Positions 47,481 to 61,167 of a stretch of 64,000 bases of DNA are shown here, piece after piece. The notes under the pieces were generated by a model. That model saw only the letters and a program-made list of their open reading frames with translations. It ran no database searches and was not told the origin of the DNA. The DNA comes from Stegostoma tigrinum. Its lineage: Eukaryota. Within the stretch, counting starts at the first letter, position 1, and each line of letters begins with the position of its first letter. The stretch lies in the NCBI RefSeq assembly GCF_030684315.1, contig NW_026728611.1:310001-374000 (forward strand). Reading direction: 5' to 3'. Made by a program: the position numbers and the translations under genes.

Positions 47481-49879
47481 ACTGGAAGATGCCATCCAGC
47501 TTCACAAGTCTGTCATACAACTGCACGACCTGTTAGCTCGCTTGCACAATTACTGAGAGAAAAAAAAAATCATAAATACATCGTTCAGATTGTGAGGATG
47601 CTTTTCAGAAACAGAAGAAAGGCTTCCAGTCAATAGAAGCTGTAAGTAATGTGAATGGACCATTCAGTCCCTCAATTCCATTCCATGGGTAAAGCACACA
47701 GCTATTCGAACCTATTGTTCAGGATCAGGAGGAACACGTCTGTTTTCATGATAAAAAAACTAAAAGATTGTGGATGTTGTAAATCAGGAACAAAAGCAGA
47801 AGCTGGTGGAAAAATTCAGAATAATTCTGAAGCAGGGTCACCGGACCTGAAACGTTAACTCTGATTTTCTCTTCACAGATGCTGTCCGACTTGCTGATGT
47901 TTTCACAAAGCTGGCACACAGGGACAGAACAAAGCCATTTAACTGCTCGAGACGATACACAGTTTGATCTGGAGGTCAGTAAGTCTCCAGGATTCTGTTA
48001 CCCAGGAACAGGAGGAGGCAACTCACTCTCCACCACTATGGTACACTGGCAGGCACGGTGATTTGGCTTGTTACAAACAGAAATATATGAATACGTTGCA
48101 GGAGTGGGCCATTCAATCCTGTTCCCCCAGTCAATAATATTCAATGTAATTGTGATTCCTCACCCATTTCCCTCTCTGCAGGTTCTGCGCTGTTTTCTGG
48201 CCATGTTACAGACAGAGACACTGTAACTACAGTCATGACGACTCATCTAGCATGGGTCACCAAAGCATCTGGTCTTCCTGAATGCCCACAGAAGATTAAA
48301 ACACAACCTTGAGGAAACTATCCCGAGCATTTCCATGAACCTCCCAAAAAGAATTAAGTGAAACACTACTCAACGCCAAGTTCGAAGCCTAGTCTGAATC
48401 AATAAGAGTCCGGGGATTCCAGAACAAATGATCAGCTGAGAGAGACTAACACAGACGTTCAGTAGACCGTCACAGAACACGTTACAAAGGTGTACCCCTT
48501 AGCTGTTGAATATCTCTTGTCCAACATGGAGCACCGCGCAGGACACTGGGAAGTGAAAGAAAGTGCAAGCAATCGTTTTTTTTTCAATGTCAGTTTCATA
48601 ATGATGAACTGAATGTTCCAGAGTGAATGACACAATAGGTCAGTGAGGATACGGGACATCAGTTCAAGTTAAACTGGACAATTACTTAATGGGCAACAAG
48701 ATGCAGCAATACGTGGGTAGACAGCAGAATGGGACTCGCCTGGGGATTCAGAATTTGGAGGGTGCAATCGTAAGAATGAGAGCATAAAATAAATATGCTG
48801 CCCGGTCAGCTAAAATTGAATTTAAAAAAAAAATCACATTCACAATCCAGTTCACAGAATCAGCCCAGACACCATAAATTCAGAGAAGGCATCCGTTCAG
48901 CATCGAACACTGTGCAAACCAGGATAGTGTTCGTCTCAATGCAAGCTGGCAATCTGTCCAGTGTGGAACACTGATTACACCAAACCAGTGCATTGACCTA
49001 TAAACCCAAACTAGACATCTACCCACCGCAAGGACCACAGCAGTGCACTGTTCTATAAGCCCAGAGAAGATAACTGTGCAGCATGGGGAGCTGAGCAGAC
49101 CACGGCTTGCATTGAGTTATAAATTTAAACTATGTATCTGTCGCCTTGTCGAGCTGTGCAAACCACCCCAGTGTATTGCTCAGTAACACTGCCGAAGATC
49201 ACAACGTGTAGAGCTGGATGAACACAGCATGCCAAACAGCACCAGAGGAGCAAGAAGGCTGACATTTCAGGCTTAGGCCCTTTTTCATCCAGCTCTACAC
49301 CTTGTGGTCCCAGATTCACCAGCACCTGCAGTTCATACTATCACTGCCTTAGTTCGCTCTCAGCTTGGGGAACCTTGCAGCCCATGCTGGAAGTGACAGG
49401 ATATGAGGCTCCCATCCATTTGCATCTCCATATCCCCAACGTGCCATGACAAAGGGTGCTGTGGATGCGAGCATCACTGCCAGAGAGAGATGCCAGGGAA
49501 TCAGTTTAAATACCAACCAAAACAAGGGGTTCAGAATATACTACAGAGAAAGGAAAACTGAGAGATAATGTCATGGAGGGATGTGTTCACGGGTTTCAGA
49601 ATGCTGAAGTGAAAATATTTTGATAGCACCTTGCAACATGGGCCAATGTTTCCCACAATGACGGGGCTATGGAATTTTGGTGAGTTCAGTTGACGGAGAG
49701 TGTTGGATGACTATTTGTTCCGTAACTTTGAAACTCAGAGTGGCGACAGCAGAACCTTTGACTCATTGGGTTCAACCTTGCAATATTTTGTCTCAGAGTC
49801 ATTTTCATTGAGTTTGACAGGGAACATCTGCATGAGGCCAAGCTAATTTCCTGCTTCTACCTTGTCAATCTCACCTCAT

Positions 49880-50660
49880 TAATTACCTACACCACCCCAT
49901 ATCTTCCCTCTCACTCAGCATCCTCCAGTTTTGCCCCTTCATCATGGCTAGTGGTACTGACCACTGCCTGGATGCTCCTGGATATTCTGTGATTCCTGGC
50001 TCTGGTGCCATCTTTAAAAGGCTAATGGGCACATGCGGTTTTCTTTGTTTGGACCTGTCCTGAACTGTGTACAGTGAGCATAGCAGATAAGGGGCTATTG
50101 CATCACATTTTTTTGACAGGGGCCTGGAGGTCCAAGTGAATGGGTTAGTACAGTGGAAGACCATTCTCTTTCCAGGGGAGGCCATGACACCAGAACATGA
50201 TCCGAGCTTTTTGCCTATTTCAGTCCAGTATCGGCAGGGTGAAGAAATGCCCAGCAATACAGGATAAGCGTGAAACCCCTCCCTGTTCAGTGAGGGTAAG
50301 TGCCACCGTATTCTTTCCACTCTGTCACACTCAATGTACTTCTTTCATAGCATTGACCTTCAAACAAGATTCATGAGCTAACATTCTAAGTGCATGCAGC
50401 ATCATACCTCTCTCCCACCTCCACTGTAACCCCCACACTAATAACACTCCATGGATTCAAAATTCGACTGACTCACTCCAGACACATCAGTATTTACCTC
50501 CTACCTCCAACAACCCTAGGAGCAGGATCACCCACTTCCATCCACCCTTCCACCCTCACGCCCTTTCTGTCATTTCAGGAGAACGAGCGTGTAATAGAGT
50601 AGAAAGTGTGCAGCCGGTTGGTGGAGTGCCCAACATCCGTTCCCTCACAACTTTCTCCCA
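49880..50660. mobile_element. Highly decayed PIF/Harbinger-like DNA transposon remnant
   Basis: The minus strand has LNREGFH and ISLLKM (compare Harbinger transposase NRKGFHS and IGLLKMRF). The plus strand, after an AG acceptor at 50578, has RACNRVESVQPVGGVPNIRSLT (compare the Myb/SANT-like ORF motif HNRRER.QTGGG.P.I..LT). Confidence 0.4.
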
Positions 50661-51470
50661 CCCTGCGCCATATTGACAGGTCCCAAAGAAGCTCAGGATG
50701 ACTTGCGTGGAGGTTCTGGAACATCGATATAGCACCAACTGAGTAAGAAGCAATATTCAGTGATGAACAATTCTCATTTTCAACCTACTGTAAGTTATTT
50801 TTCACTTGGCATAACTTAGATGCTGTGGCCCAGAAAACTGTCCCTCTTTTATGTTGAATCAGTGCAAATGGAATCTCCACGGTCTTGTTGTGTCACAACA
50901 CATCGTCTCCACCACCTCCCAGGAAAGGAACATGATCGAATAGCAAAACACACTGAGTGGGTCGAATCGGCCATTGCTGCTCCAATTTCTTACGCTTTCA
51001 TGATCTTATGCTCGTTGTAATTTATCTACCTAAAAGAGCAGTGGAGGATGAAGTTGATAAATATTTGGTTGAAAAGTCTTAATGGTAAAAAGCGGTATGG
51101 GGGGTTTGAGGTCTATGCCTGTTACTAATTGTTGTATCCTTCAAACTCCAAAGAGATGGTGACATAGTGTGATGTTAACTCATTTAAAAAATAAGGGCTC
51201 GCCTATTTAAGACTAATATAAAGGTATTACCTTTTCTTAGTGTTGTGCTCACCTCCAGGCCAGTGAAGATTTGGTTTTTGAAAATGCTCAAGGCTGAGGC
51301 CAACTGATTTTTGATGGAAAAGGGAATCATTGTTTATGCGAACAAACAGGAAAGGCATGTTCAGACACATTCAGATAACAATATGCTTTTATATGATTCA
51401 ACTCAGACAGGGAGAAATTGCAACCTTCCTGAGAAGCGACGGCTTATTGCCCCCATGTCTGTCTGTCTGC

Positions 51471-51632
51471 NNNNNNNNNNNNNNNNNNNNNNNNNNNNNN
51501 NNNNNNNNNNNNNNNNNNNNNNNNNNNNNNNNNNNNNNNNNNNNNNNNNNNNNNNNNNNNNNNNNNNNNNNNNNNNNNNNNNNNNNNNNNNNNNNNNNNN
51601 NNNNNNNNNNNNNNNNNNNNNNNNNNNNNNNN
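51471..51632. other. Assembly gap (162 N) inside the GPCR intron
   Basis: Run of N flanked by (TGTC)n and (TG)n microsatellite stubs. Confidence 0.99.
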
Positions 51633-53129
51633 ATGTGTGTGAATGGAAACCCCGCTCAGTGATCTTTACTACACGTGGAGGATTCCGGTTGAGGATTCAT
51701 TGAAATTTCCAAACTCCCTGAAGCAAAGGGAATTAAACTAAATCCAACTGGTCCAAGTCGAAATCCAACTGCCTGCAGCTTGTGTGTCCAGAATGACTTC
51801 AGAAGCAGAGTAACATTTGGGACAATCTACTTTTTGCTCGTGTCATGAGTTTAACTTTTTTTTTGACAAAACTCTTCAAACTGATATTCTGCAGTGATTT
51901 TTTTCCCGTTTGTCTTCACGTGTACATATGTGTGTGCATGACTCTGTGTGTTTGCATGTGTGTGTGATTGTAAGTGTGTCTGTATGTGTTTATTTTTATG
52001 TGTTTCAGTATTTATAGAACGATAAATACTGATGTACATATTTTCAATGCTCAAACTATTTGTCATTTAACCTTCCATCACAGCGTCAGTTACGTTGCTT
52101 TGATTATGGCTGAGCTGTTTTTTTAGTAAACGTAAGACTTCTACTCAATTTTTCCTAAACGCTGAACGTAACCCAGTCTGAGACCTGCATAATTAGCCAT
52201 ATCACCAAGTTGGCAACAAATAAAATTTGTGAAGAGTTGGACAAAAAAAGAAAAAAAAAGACCCTCCATTCTCAGTCTAAACAGGGATGAGGAGAAATTC
52301 TCAAAGGGTCATTTGAGTGGGAATTCCCTTCCCCAGAAGTCTGTGGTTCCTGCATGTTTGTATTGATTCAAAGCAGCGTTAGTTAGATATTTGAAAGCAG
52401 AGTGATCCAAGGATAACGAACTACGGATAGGAAGGTGTGACTGAGGCGACAACCGGGTCAGCCACAAGCTTAGTGACTGGTGGAGCAGAGTCAAAGTGTC
52501 TAATGACCCACTCCTGCTCCTCAGCCCTATGTTCCATTCTGATCCTCAAATCTGCCATACTGAAACTGTGGAAGGCTACTTGTTCCAGCTACTTCATGCA
52601 CAGAAACTCCTCAGAACTGCCACACACCATGTGACGCATGTTGGATAATGTTTTTGGTGGAAAATGGGGGCACCAGTGTGAAACACACCCCAACTCTCCT
52701 CACAGACGTTTCCCAGTATCCCTTTATTGGTCGTGGTCTAGACCTTGATTCACTGTGAAAACAGCCGCATACTGGTCACTGACATCACTGACAAAATTCT
52801 CTGGTCTTCCTACCTGCAACATTCCAAAGCATCAATTTCAGGGAAATCAGAACCAATAACTTTTCAAAAGCAGAATTGGAGGAAACAAGATACAGAAGTA
52901 AATCTTTCAGCCCCTCAAGCCTGCCTTCCCCTTCAATGTGATCATGGCTAATCTGATGTTGGCCTCAATTCCTCTTTCCTGCCCACTTCCTTGCAGCTCT
53001 CAAATTTCTGATGTGTCAAAATTTAATCACTTCTTTCCAAACATTTCAGTGACCTATCTCTCTATGTTTTCTGGAATTAAGACGTTCCGACAGTCACTAC
53101 TCTCTGAGAGAAGGAAACAGCCCCCACAC

Positions 53130-56040
53130 ATGCAGCATAACCTATTAACACGAACAAAAGATACAAACACAGTGTAAATGTGATGGACACAGATTGCAAG
53201 GCAGCATTTGACTCGCAGTGGTATCAAGGAAACCAAACAAAATTGGACTAAATAGGAATCAGTATAAACTCTTCAATGGGTGGAGACATTCGTAGCACAG
53301 TGTGGTTGTGAGACATCAATCATCTCAGCCCCGGGGTATCAATGCGGGAGATATTCAAGGTAGCTTCCTCGGCACAAACTTTTTCAGCTGTTTCATCAAT
53401 GCCGTACTCCCATCATAGGATGAGAAATTGGGATGATCACCGAAGATTACACAATGTTTAGCACAACTTGTCAGGCCTCAGTTCCTAAAGCAGCCTGTGT
53501 CAGTGTGCACCAAAAACTGGACAACAGTCAAGCTTGAAATATTAAAGTGTGGGTAACATTCATGTTACAGCACTACTGGACACAGCACATATTCACAGTA
53601 AAAGGAAGACATCGTTCAGCACCTCGAGGTGATTTCACAGGAGTATAAGGAAGTCTTTCAGTCCATTGAGATTTTGGACAAGGGGGACAGCCCATTCAGT
53701 CACTCCTGCCTGTGACATCAGAAAAGAGTGTGTCTTGTCAGCACATCAAAATTTTAAACAGGACTCTGAGGTTGCTGAATCCAGTCCATGAACCTCTTCC
53801 ATGGAATGAGGGAGATGCCATTCAGCCCTTTGAAAGACTGATACATAAATAGGAGGATATTATTGCCGGCCCAACATGATTAACCAATGAACCACAGACT
53901 GCACAGATAGACTGTTACATGTTGCTCCTTCTGGCTGCATGGCTAATGGTGCTTTACCACAATTTGCTGATTGTCAAAAAGGAAAGTGGATCAGTTGTGC
54001 CAAGCCTCAAAGATACATCTGCCATCTCTGAGAATACAAACTGTTTTTCTATATGGAGGTCAGAAACTGGCTGCAATGGCAAACTCTGTCTGACTTAGGG
54101 CGCTGTGGCCCCTGACAGGTTTGTGAACAACATGAAAATCAGTGCAGGATCACACACCGACTGCAAAATAAAGTGGTGAGAGCTCATTGAGAGCCTGGAG
54201 CTCTCTCAACCTGAAGATGAGGTGTCAACTTGGCGAAGCCACCAAAGAGGACTATTTGCATGCCAAACAACATAAGCTGCAAGTGATAGAATGAAGCGAT
54301 TTCGTAGCAAACAGATCAGATCAGAGTCCTACAGCCCTGCTACATCCACTTGTGTATGATGGCGGAGAAACAAACAATGCACTGGAGGAGGAGGCTCCAC
54401 AAATATTCCCGTCCTCAATGATGGGAAAGCCCAGCACCTCAGTGCAAAAAGTAAGGCTGAAGCTTTGGCTGCCACCTTCAGCCAGAAATGCCGAGTGGAT
54501 GATCCATCTCGGATTTCTCCAGAGGTCCAAATTATTACAGATACCAGTCTTCCGCCAAATCTATTCTTTCCAAATGATACCAAGAAATGTTTGGAGACAC
54601 CGAATACTTAGAAGGCTACAGGCCCTGGCAATATCCTGGCATTGTATTGAAGCCTTAAGCTCCAGAACGTGCCACTCCCTAACCAAGTTGTAGCAGGGCA
54701 GTTACAACGCAGGCATCTACCTGACATCAAATAATGTTGTCCAGGTACTTTCTGTACATGAAAAGCAGGACAGCTGCCCCATCAGCCTACTTTCTATCAC
54801 GAGCAAAGTGATGGGTGGTATCATAAATAGTACTATTAAAAACACTTTGTCAACAAAAAGTTGCTCAGTGAAGTCCCGTTTGGGTTTCACTGGGGTCTTT
54901 CAAATTGTGACTACATTAAAGCCTTGGTTCAAACATGGACAAAAGAGCTGAATTCATCAGCTGAAGTGAGAGTAACAGTGCTTGGCTTCAAGGTAACATT
55001 CGACTGAATGTGGCATCAAGGGGCCTGATTAAACATGGAATCAATCAGTATTTGGGTACACTCATGAGTGTTTGGACATATGCCTGGCACAAAGGGCAAT
55101 GGCCACGGTTGTTGGAGGTTAGCCATCGGATCTCCATGACATCACTGCATGAGCTCTGTGGGGTAGTTTCGGACGCCCAACATTCCCTCCAGCATCAGGT
55201 CAGAGGATGTTCATTGATGAATGCATAATGTTCAACACCATTCACAAGTCATTAAAATACCAAAACAGTCCACATTCAAATGCAACAAGATCTGAACAGG
55301 ATCCAGGCTTGGGCTGAAAGATTTGCACCACACAAATGCCAGGCTGTGGCCACCACCAATAAAAGACATTCTAACCACGGCCCCTAGACATTCTGAATCC
55401 TCCTCTGTCAACATTCTGGGAGTTATCATTGATCAGAAATTCAGCTGGACACACCACATAACTGCAGTGGCAACAAAATGTGATGAGAAGTGAGGAATAC
55501 TTTGGCAAGGAACTCACATCCTGGCTCCTCAAAGCCTGTCTACTATCTTCAAGGCACAAGTCAGGAGTGTGACGGAATGCTACCCACTTGCTTGGATGAA
55601 TGCAGCTCCAACAACACTCAAGAAAATTAACATCATCCAAGATACAAGCATTGACTCCTTCCAGCACCAACATTCAGTGGCAGCAGTGCATACTACATGC
55701 AAGATACCCAGCAGAAATTCACCAAAGATTCTCAGATAACACCTTCGAAACCCATGATCATTTCCATCGAGAAGGACAGGGAAGAAGGTATGGAGAAACA
55801 TCACCACATTCGAGCTACCCTTGAAGACACTAATCATCCTGATCTGGAAAGTATATTGCTTATTCCTTCACTGATGCTCGGTCAAATTCCTGGAATTCCC
55901 TCATGAGTGACATTACGATTCAACCCACAGCGGGTAGTGATTCAGGAAGGCAGCTCATCAACAACTTCTCAAGAGACATAAGGGCAATAAATGTTGGCCC
56001 AGCCAGTGATGCCCAATGCACACAAATGAATGCTAAAAGA
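53130..56040 (+). mobile_element. Degenerate CR1/L2-group LINE fragments with a SINE-shared tail
   Basis: PISLLSITSKVM, FGFH.G, LGVIIDQKFSW and IFKAQVRSVTEC motifs. The tail gggcaataaatgttggcccagccagtgatgccc resembles the SINE tails. Confidence 0.7.
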
Positions 56041-59000
56041 AAAAGAAAACAACATGGAGGTTCGGCAGAGAATCGTAAACTATCTGCAGTCATGTATCAA
56101 TGTTTTGTTTCAGACGTGTGACGGTGCATAAACTTCATCTTTCAATGGAATCACCTCTTATCCTCTCACAGTGCTACAAATTAAAGCCTCGCTTTCTACA
56201 CACTCTCCTCATGTCATCGTCATCTCAGGAATCAGTCTGGTGAAACGCCTTTGCATTCTGTCTGTGGCAAAGAATCCGTATTCAGGAGAGAAAATCTGTA
56301 CACGATGCTCAACAAATGCAGAAAGGTGTCTTTAGCCCTATACCTGAATCATTTTGCAATGAAGGACAACAAACAATTTATTGTTTGGATCACTTGCTAA
56401 CCCGCCTGAATTCTGTTAGCAACTCATGACCAAGGGTATTCAGGTCCTTTTCGACAACAGCACTTCTCAACGTCTCACCTTCTAATAAAAACGAAATGAG
56501 AAGGATGGTGTTTTTTGCCTGCATCTAAATCATTTCTTTGCCTTATAAATATCTGTTCTCCAAGCACTGATGCCTGTGATATCATCTGAGTAGTTACCTT
56601 CGGTGTATAGAAGGATCTGGCGCACTGTATTCTCTCCATTATCCAAATTTCAATCCACAAAATACTTTTCCCCTTACCCAAGGATTCTAAATGGGTTCAC
56701 TCACCTGTGTACAACCACATCAAAGGTTTTCTGTAAATTCAAATACACCACTTCCACTTGTTCACATTTGTCGATGTCACAACCAACATTTTGGACAAAC
56801 TCCAGAAGATTTATCAGATAATTTCCCATTCATGAATATACGCTAACTCTACCAACTCATATCATTATTCTCCAATTATCTAGTTGTTACATGAATTACA
56901 AAAAAAACTGATATTTTCTCATAACTGACATCATGTTATCCACTACTTAATTTTCTGTTCACCCTTTTCATCCTGTTTTAGATATTTGTGATCGCAATAG
57001 CTACTTTCCAGTCAGCAGGATCCTTTCCAGAATCTAAAAAGCATTGAAGAGCTTTGATCTCCCTCAATATTCCGGAATGTAGATCATAGAATGATGGAAC
57101 TTACACTACAGAAGGAAGACATTGACCCATCGTGTCTGTATCAACTCCTGAATGAGCAATCCAGCAACTTCAGTGCTCCAGCCGTATATCTGTAGCCCTC
57201 TTAAGGCATCACACATCTGGTGCATCAACATATCAATGCTCAATAGAATGAGTTTTTTGAATACTTCCTCTTTATTCTTCCTAATTTCCTACATGTCCTC
57301 ATTTTTACCAGTCACCTTGTTCCCTAATATTACTGGAACGTTTTGCACTGCTCCCTCTGTGGAGACAGAGCCAACGTGTTCACCTCACTGGACAGAGATG
57401 ACATCACCTCATGAATACATCAGAGGACGGCTCTCTGGGACACGATGGGCATGTAACTCAATTCCGCCCAGAAATTTCCAGAATAAAACCAGTTCACTTC
57501 ATGGCCAGTGTCAGCACAGTCCTCCCCCTGGTGTGTGACTACAGGTTATACTGAAAGTGGTGACACAACTCTGGGACCTCTTCATTGCTGAATAAAACTT
57601 GCTTCACGCTTTGCAACTGAAATAGGGACAACATTGGAAAACATTCCATGAATCTCCAGAGAGGAGAGCGCAGTGCCCTGATACTCCCTGTTTACAGAGC
57701 TTCCCTTCAATGCAGCCTCTGTCCCATTTGTTAGCCATATTGAAGTCCCAGATACACTGTAAATGCAGCAACCATATCTCTCACGGAGTGGAGGCACCAG
57801 ACCTTCAGGTCTCCCGAAATGAATGCAGCAGCTGACAACACACACGCAAGAAACTATGAAAATAACATTCCCTGGCTTTCCAATGACAGGCGAAAGTCAA
57901 ATTTATGCATTCATGGTGCACCCATTCAGTGTTGAAAATGCCTTCCTCTCCTCATTTTCTTTTCCTGGATGATAAACTGTTACATTTTTACGCAGTCGCA
58001 GTGACCTGAAATATTAACAGTTCCACTCTCCGTAAAAGTAGTTTATAATACAATTGCACATTTTTTCTGTACCTCAGTCACAATTACAGTAAAACCACTA
58101 TTACCGGTGAAGATGGTTGGACATGCTGGAAGGAGGCATTCTAGCGACATTATGTGCAGACTGTTAATCCAAGGACCCAGGTATATGACCCTGACTCAGG
58201 ATTTGAATCCTGCCACTACAGATAGTTGAATTTGAATTCAACAAAATATCTGGCATTATGTATTCATTGAAACTGTGAATGCATCATCGCTCGTCAGAGA
58301 GAAAGAAAAAAAAAACTGGCCCACCGCTGTACTTCATGGAAAGAAATCAGCCATCTTCATCTGGTCTGGCCTTCAGTGACTGCAGAGCTAAAGCAATGTG
58401 ATTGGCTCTCAGTTGCCATCTGAAATGGGCAAGACAGCCATTCAGTTATATCAGTCACTGCAAGGTCTCATAGAAATGAACAGAATGGCTCCAGGCATTG
58501 ACACACGTGGACAGCAGTGGTTGAAGAAAGCAGCCCACTGACACCTTCTGGAGGGGAAGCAGGAAACGGCAGTAATTTCTAGCCCAGCCAACGATGATCA
58601 TGTCCCATTAATGAATAAAGGAAGATGATCACACTCAGGGAAAAGAAACAAAGGGGACATAACTCACTTTAAACACAGACTTGGACATATACCTGCACAG
58701 GAATGATATTCAGGAATATGGGAAAAGGCCAAAAATAAACAAGATTAGCATCACATTTTATTTCTATTCCAGCTGATCATCAACAGTGTCCCTAATTGCT
58801 TCTTTTTTCTCTCTCTTACTCCACGTACTCAACACACTCCTTCTCCCCTTCAAAACAAACATCTCTGTCACCAGATTTAATCACATTATTTCCCAGCATC
58901 TTTCAGTTCCAATGTGTGGCCAGTGGATTAAAATGCAAACTCTGTTCTTCTCTTGGCAGGAACTTCAAACCTGTTCAGTTTCCTCACCATTTGTTTTTCC

Positions 59001-59792
59001 TTTTTGTTTCATGGAATTTCATGGGATTTTGACATTATTGGAAAGGGCCAGCATTTGTTCACCATCATTAATTGTTCTTGCCTGTGAGGCCAATTCTCAA
59101 GGCAGTATAGAGCCGAGCACATTATTATGGGTCTGAGGTCACTCTTAGTCCAGATCAGGTGGTAATGTTAGATTTCTTTACCAAAGGATATTCGTAAAAC
59201 AGATAGGTTTTTAGACAAAATTCTGTTGATTTTATGGTTGCTGTTAGTGACTTCTTTAATTACTCCAGTTCCTGTCATTTGAATTTATGGTCTGCCATCA
59301 GCTGTGAATTTGGAACAGTGTTGTTGATATAAATTACTGTCCATCAACATTACTACTCTGACACAATCTCCGTATTGTAAAGTAAATTCAGAGACAAGAA
59401 CAAGTTTCTGGCCAATTATTTGTAACTGGAAGACTGGCTGGTGGAGACCTGAAGACGTGAAGTCTTTACGATACCAAGGCGTAGTCAATGGTTTATTCAA
59501 CAGCAACAATGACACAGAGGTGGAGCCTGTGGATATTATCGAGCTGGTCGTCGACAGGTTTGCTGATGGAGACAACAATGAGGGATAAATCAGTTCAGGG
59601 CAAAAGGGGTCCTCCAGGTTGTGAACACTCGTGTCTGTAAAGGAAGGGTCTGAAATTCATGGAAATGAGCGGTGTTTGCAATTGAAACAAAAGAAAATAG
59701 ATTCTGCCTTTGCCCAAGTGCGGAAAACGGAAATAGCAATGAAGTTCAACATGTTTTATGGAATTAATGAATGGTTAGAGACAGTGACTTAC

Positions 59793-59967
59793 CAGGAACA
59801 CCAACAATAGCGAGGAGGGGATAGTAACCCACTTGAATAATCAGCAGTAGACCGTGTATTCGCCATGATAACAGGGCCCAAGGATTTGAAAGGTATAAAA
59901 GACCCTCGAATAAACTCCTGTCCGTTATTGTAACATTCCCGTCTATTATTCTCAGATTCAGATTCAT
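59793..59967 (-). CDS. Exon 1 of GPR139/GPR142-like class A GPCR (N-terminus and first half of TM1)
   Basis: Translates as MNLNLRIIDGNVTITDRS...IIQVGYYPLLAIVGVP+G, followed by a canonical donor GTAAGT (59792-59787). The exon is 175 nt (58 codons + 1), matching the phase-1 start of exon 2. It has an NVT N-glycosylation sequon, and YYPLLAIVGVP is typical of TM1 in GPR139-like receptors. Confidence 0.88.
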
Positions 59968-60059
59968 TGTTGGAACATTCCAGTCGATTGCTCTCAGATC
60001 CTGAACTCTCCGCGCCGTCTCTCTGCAGCTGCTGATCCCTGTCAGTGCTGTAGCTGATG

Positions 60060-60075
60060 CTCACGCTTATACTAT
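60060..60075 (-). promoter_or_regulatory. Candidate TATA-like box of the GPCR gene
   Basis: TATAAG on the minus strand, about 100 nt upstream of the exon 1 ATG, in non-repetitive sequence. Position-based inference only. Confidence 0.35.
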
Positions 60076-61167
60076 GGGAGAACACACTGAATGGGGCCCC
60101 TGAGGAGTAGGAGAAGGAAAGCCTCCTGTGACACAGCTGGAATCCATGGAGACTGACATCAATCACAGTCACTGAACAAACAGTTCTAGTTAACTCCTTT
60201 AATTCGAGAAACTTCAGATCAAAATAATAACCAAACTTGTTTGGGTGACTTAATCTCTGTCTCTTGGCCTTATCTCCCATTACACATTGCTCTAGCGAAG
60301 TCAGTTATGTGGGAGCATAATGGATGATTTCTTTTCGCTGGTTAAATGATTCTACAGTGCTGTCCATATACAATGGTGTACCCATCTCCCCCCTCAAAAA
60401 AGTCAAGAGGTTGTTATTGTGCTGGTCTTTCCTTCACCAAAACAAGCGCCAACCAACTGATTGCCACTGGGCATAGCTGCCATGACCTTACAGAGGAAGT
60501 GTGGATTTGGCTGGACATTCCTGCCATTTATCTAAGAAGGCATTTTTTTTCAACACACAATACACTTTAGCTTTCTTTTTAAAATACACTGAAAAGCATC
60601 TTATTGAAGTTTATTTGCTTTAAAGTTTTTAACAAATTGGTTTTGTAACTTGAATCCAAAGCCAGGCTTGGCATGAACAATGATCCTGTCCATTTAAACC
60701 CACGGATTAATGACAGAATGAACATGATGCTGGTTAGGAGACAGAAAGGAATGAAGCAGTGGCGGTGGAGACTGGAGGGGAGTACAATGATCTCGCCCAG
60801 TCACCAATTTTTGACCAGCACTCTCTTTAGGAGGCAGAATGAAGTGTGATGCAGAGGAAATAGACAGACTACATTTGGGAGATGAAATGCCCAAAGACAT
60901 TGTGAACAGAGCAGGATAATTTTAAATGTGTCGTCGGGAAATATATTTTATATGAAGACTGCTTTATAACAAGGTATGCTTGTTGATAACATTGGTCATA
61001 TCTGGACGGGGTATTCGAAATTAAATATAGATACAGCTATTAGATGTAGGGGTACAGGATGATTTCTGGACAATAACAGTAGAAATATAGCTCATTCGGA
61101 CCTCCTGCAGTAATGAAGAGGTGTGTTACCACTATTTTTCCTGTAGTTATTCTGTGACATGTATTAC

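Noticed and set aside
57300-57610. Possible solo LTR (AATAAA-containing; a similar hint at about 16460-16600)
   Set aside because: Could not define TG...CA termini, a TSD or a PBS with confidence.
59789-60280. 163-aa minus-strand ORF overlapping exon 1
   Set aside because: It is in a different frame from the receptor TM1 and has no recognisable domain; its phase at the GTAAGT donor would not join exon 2 in frame.
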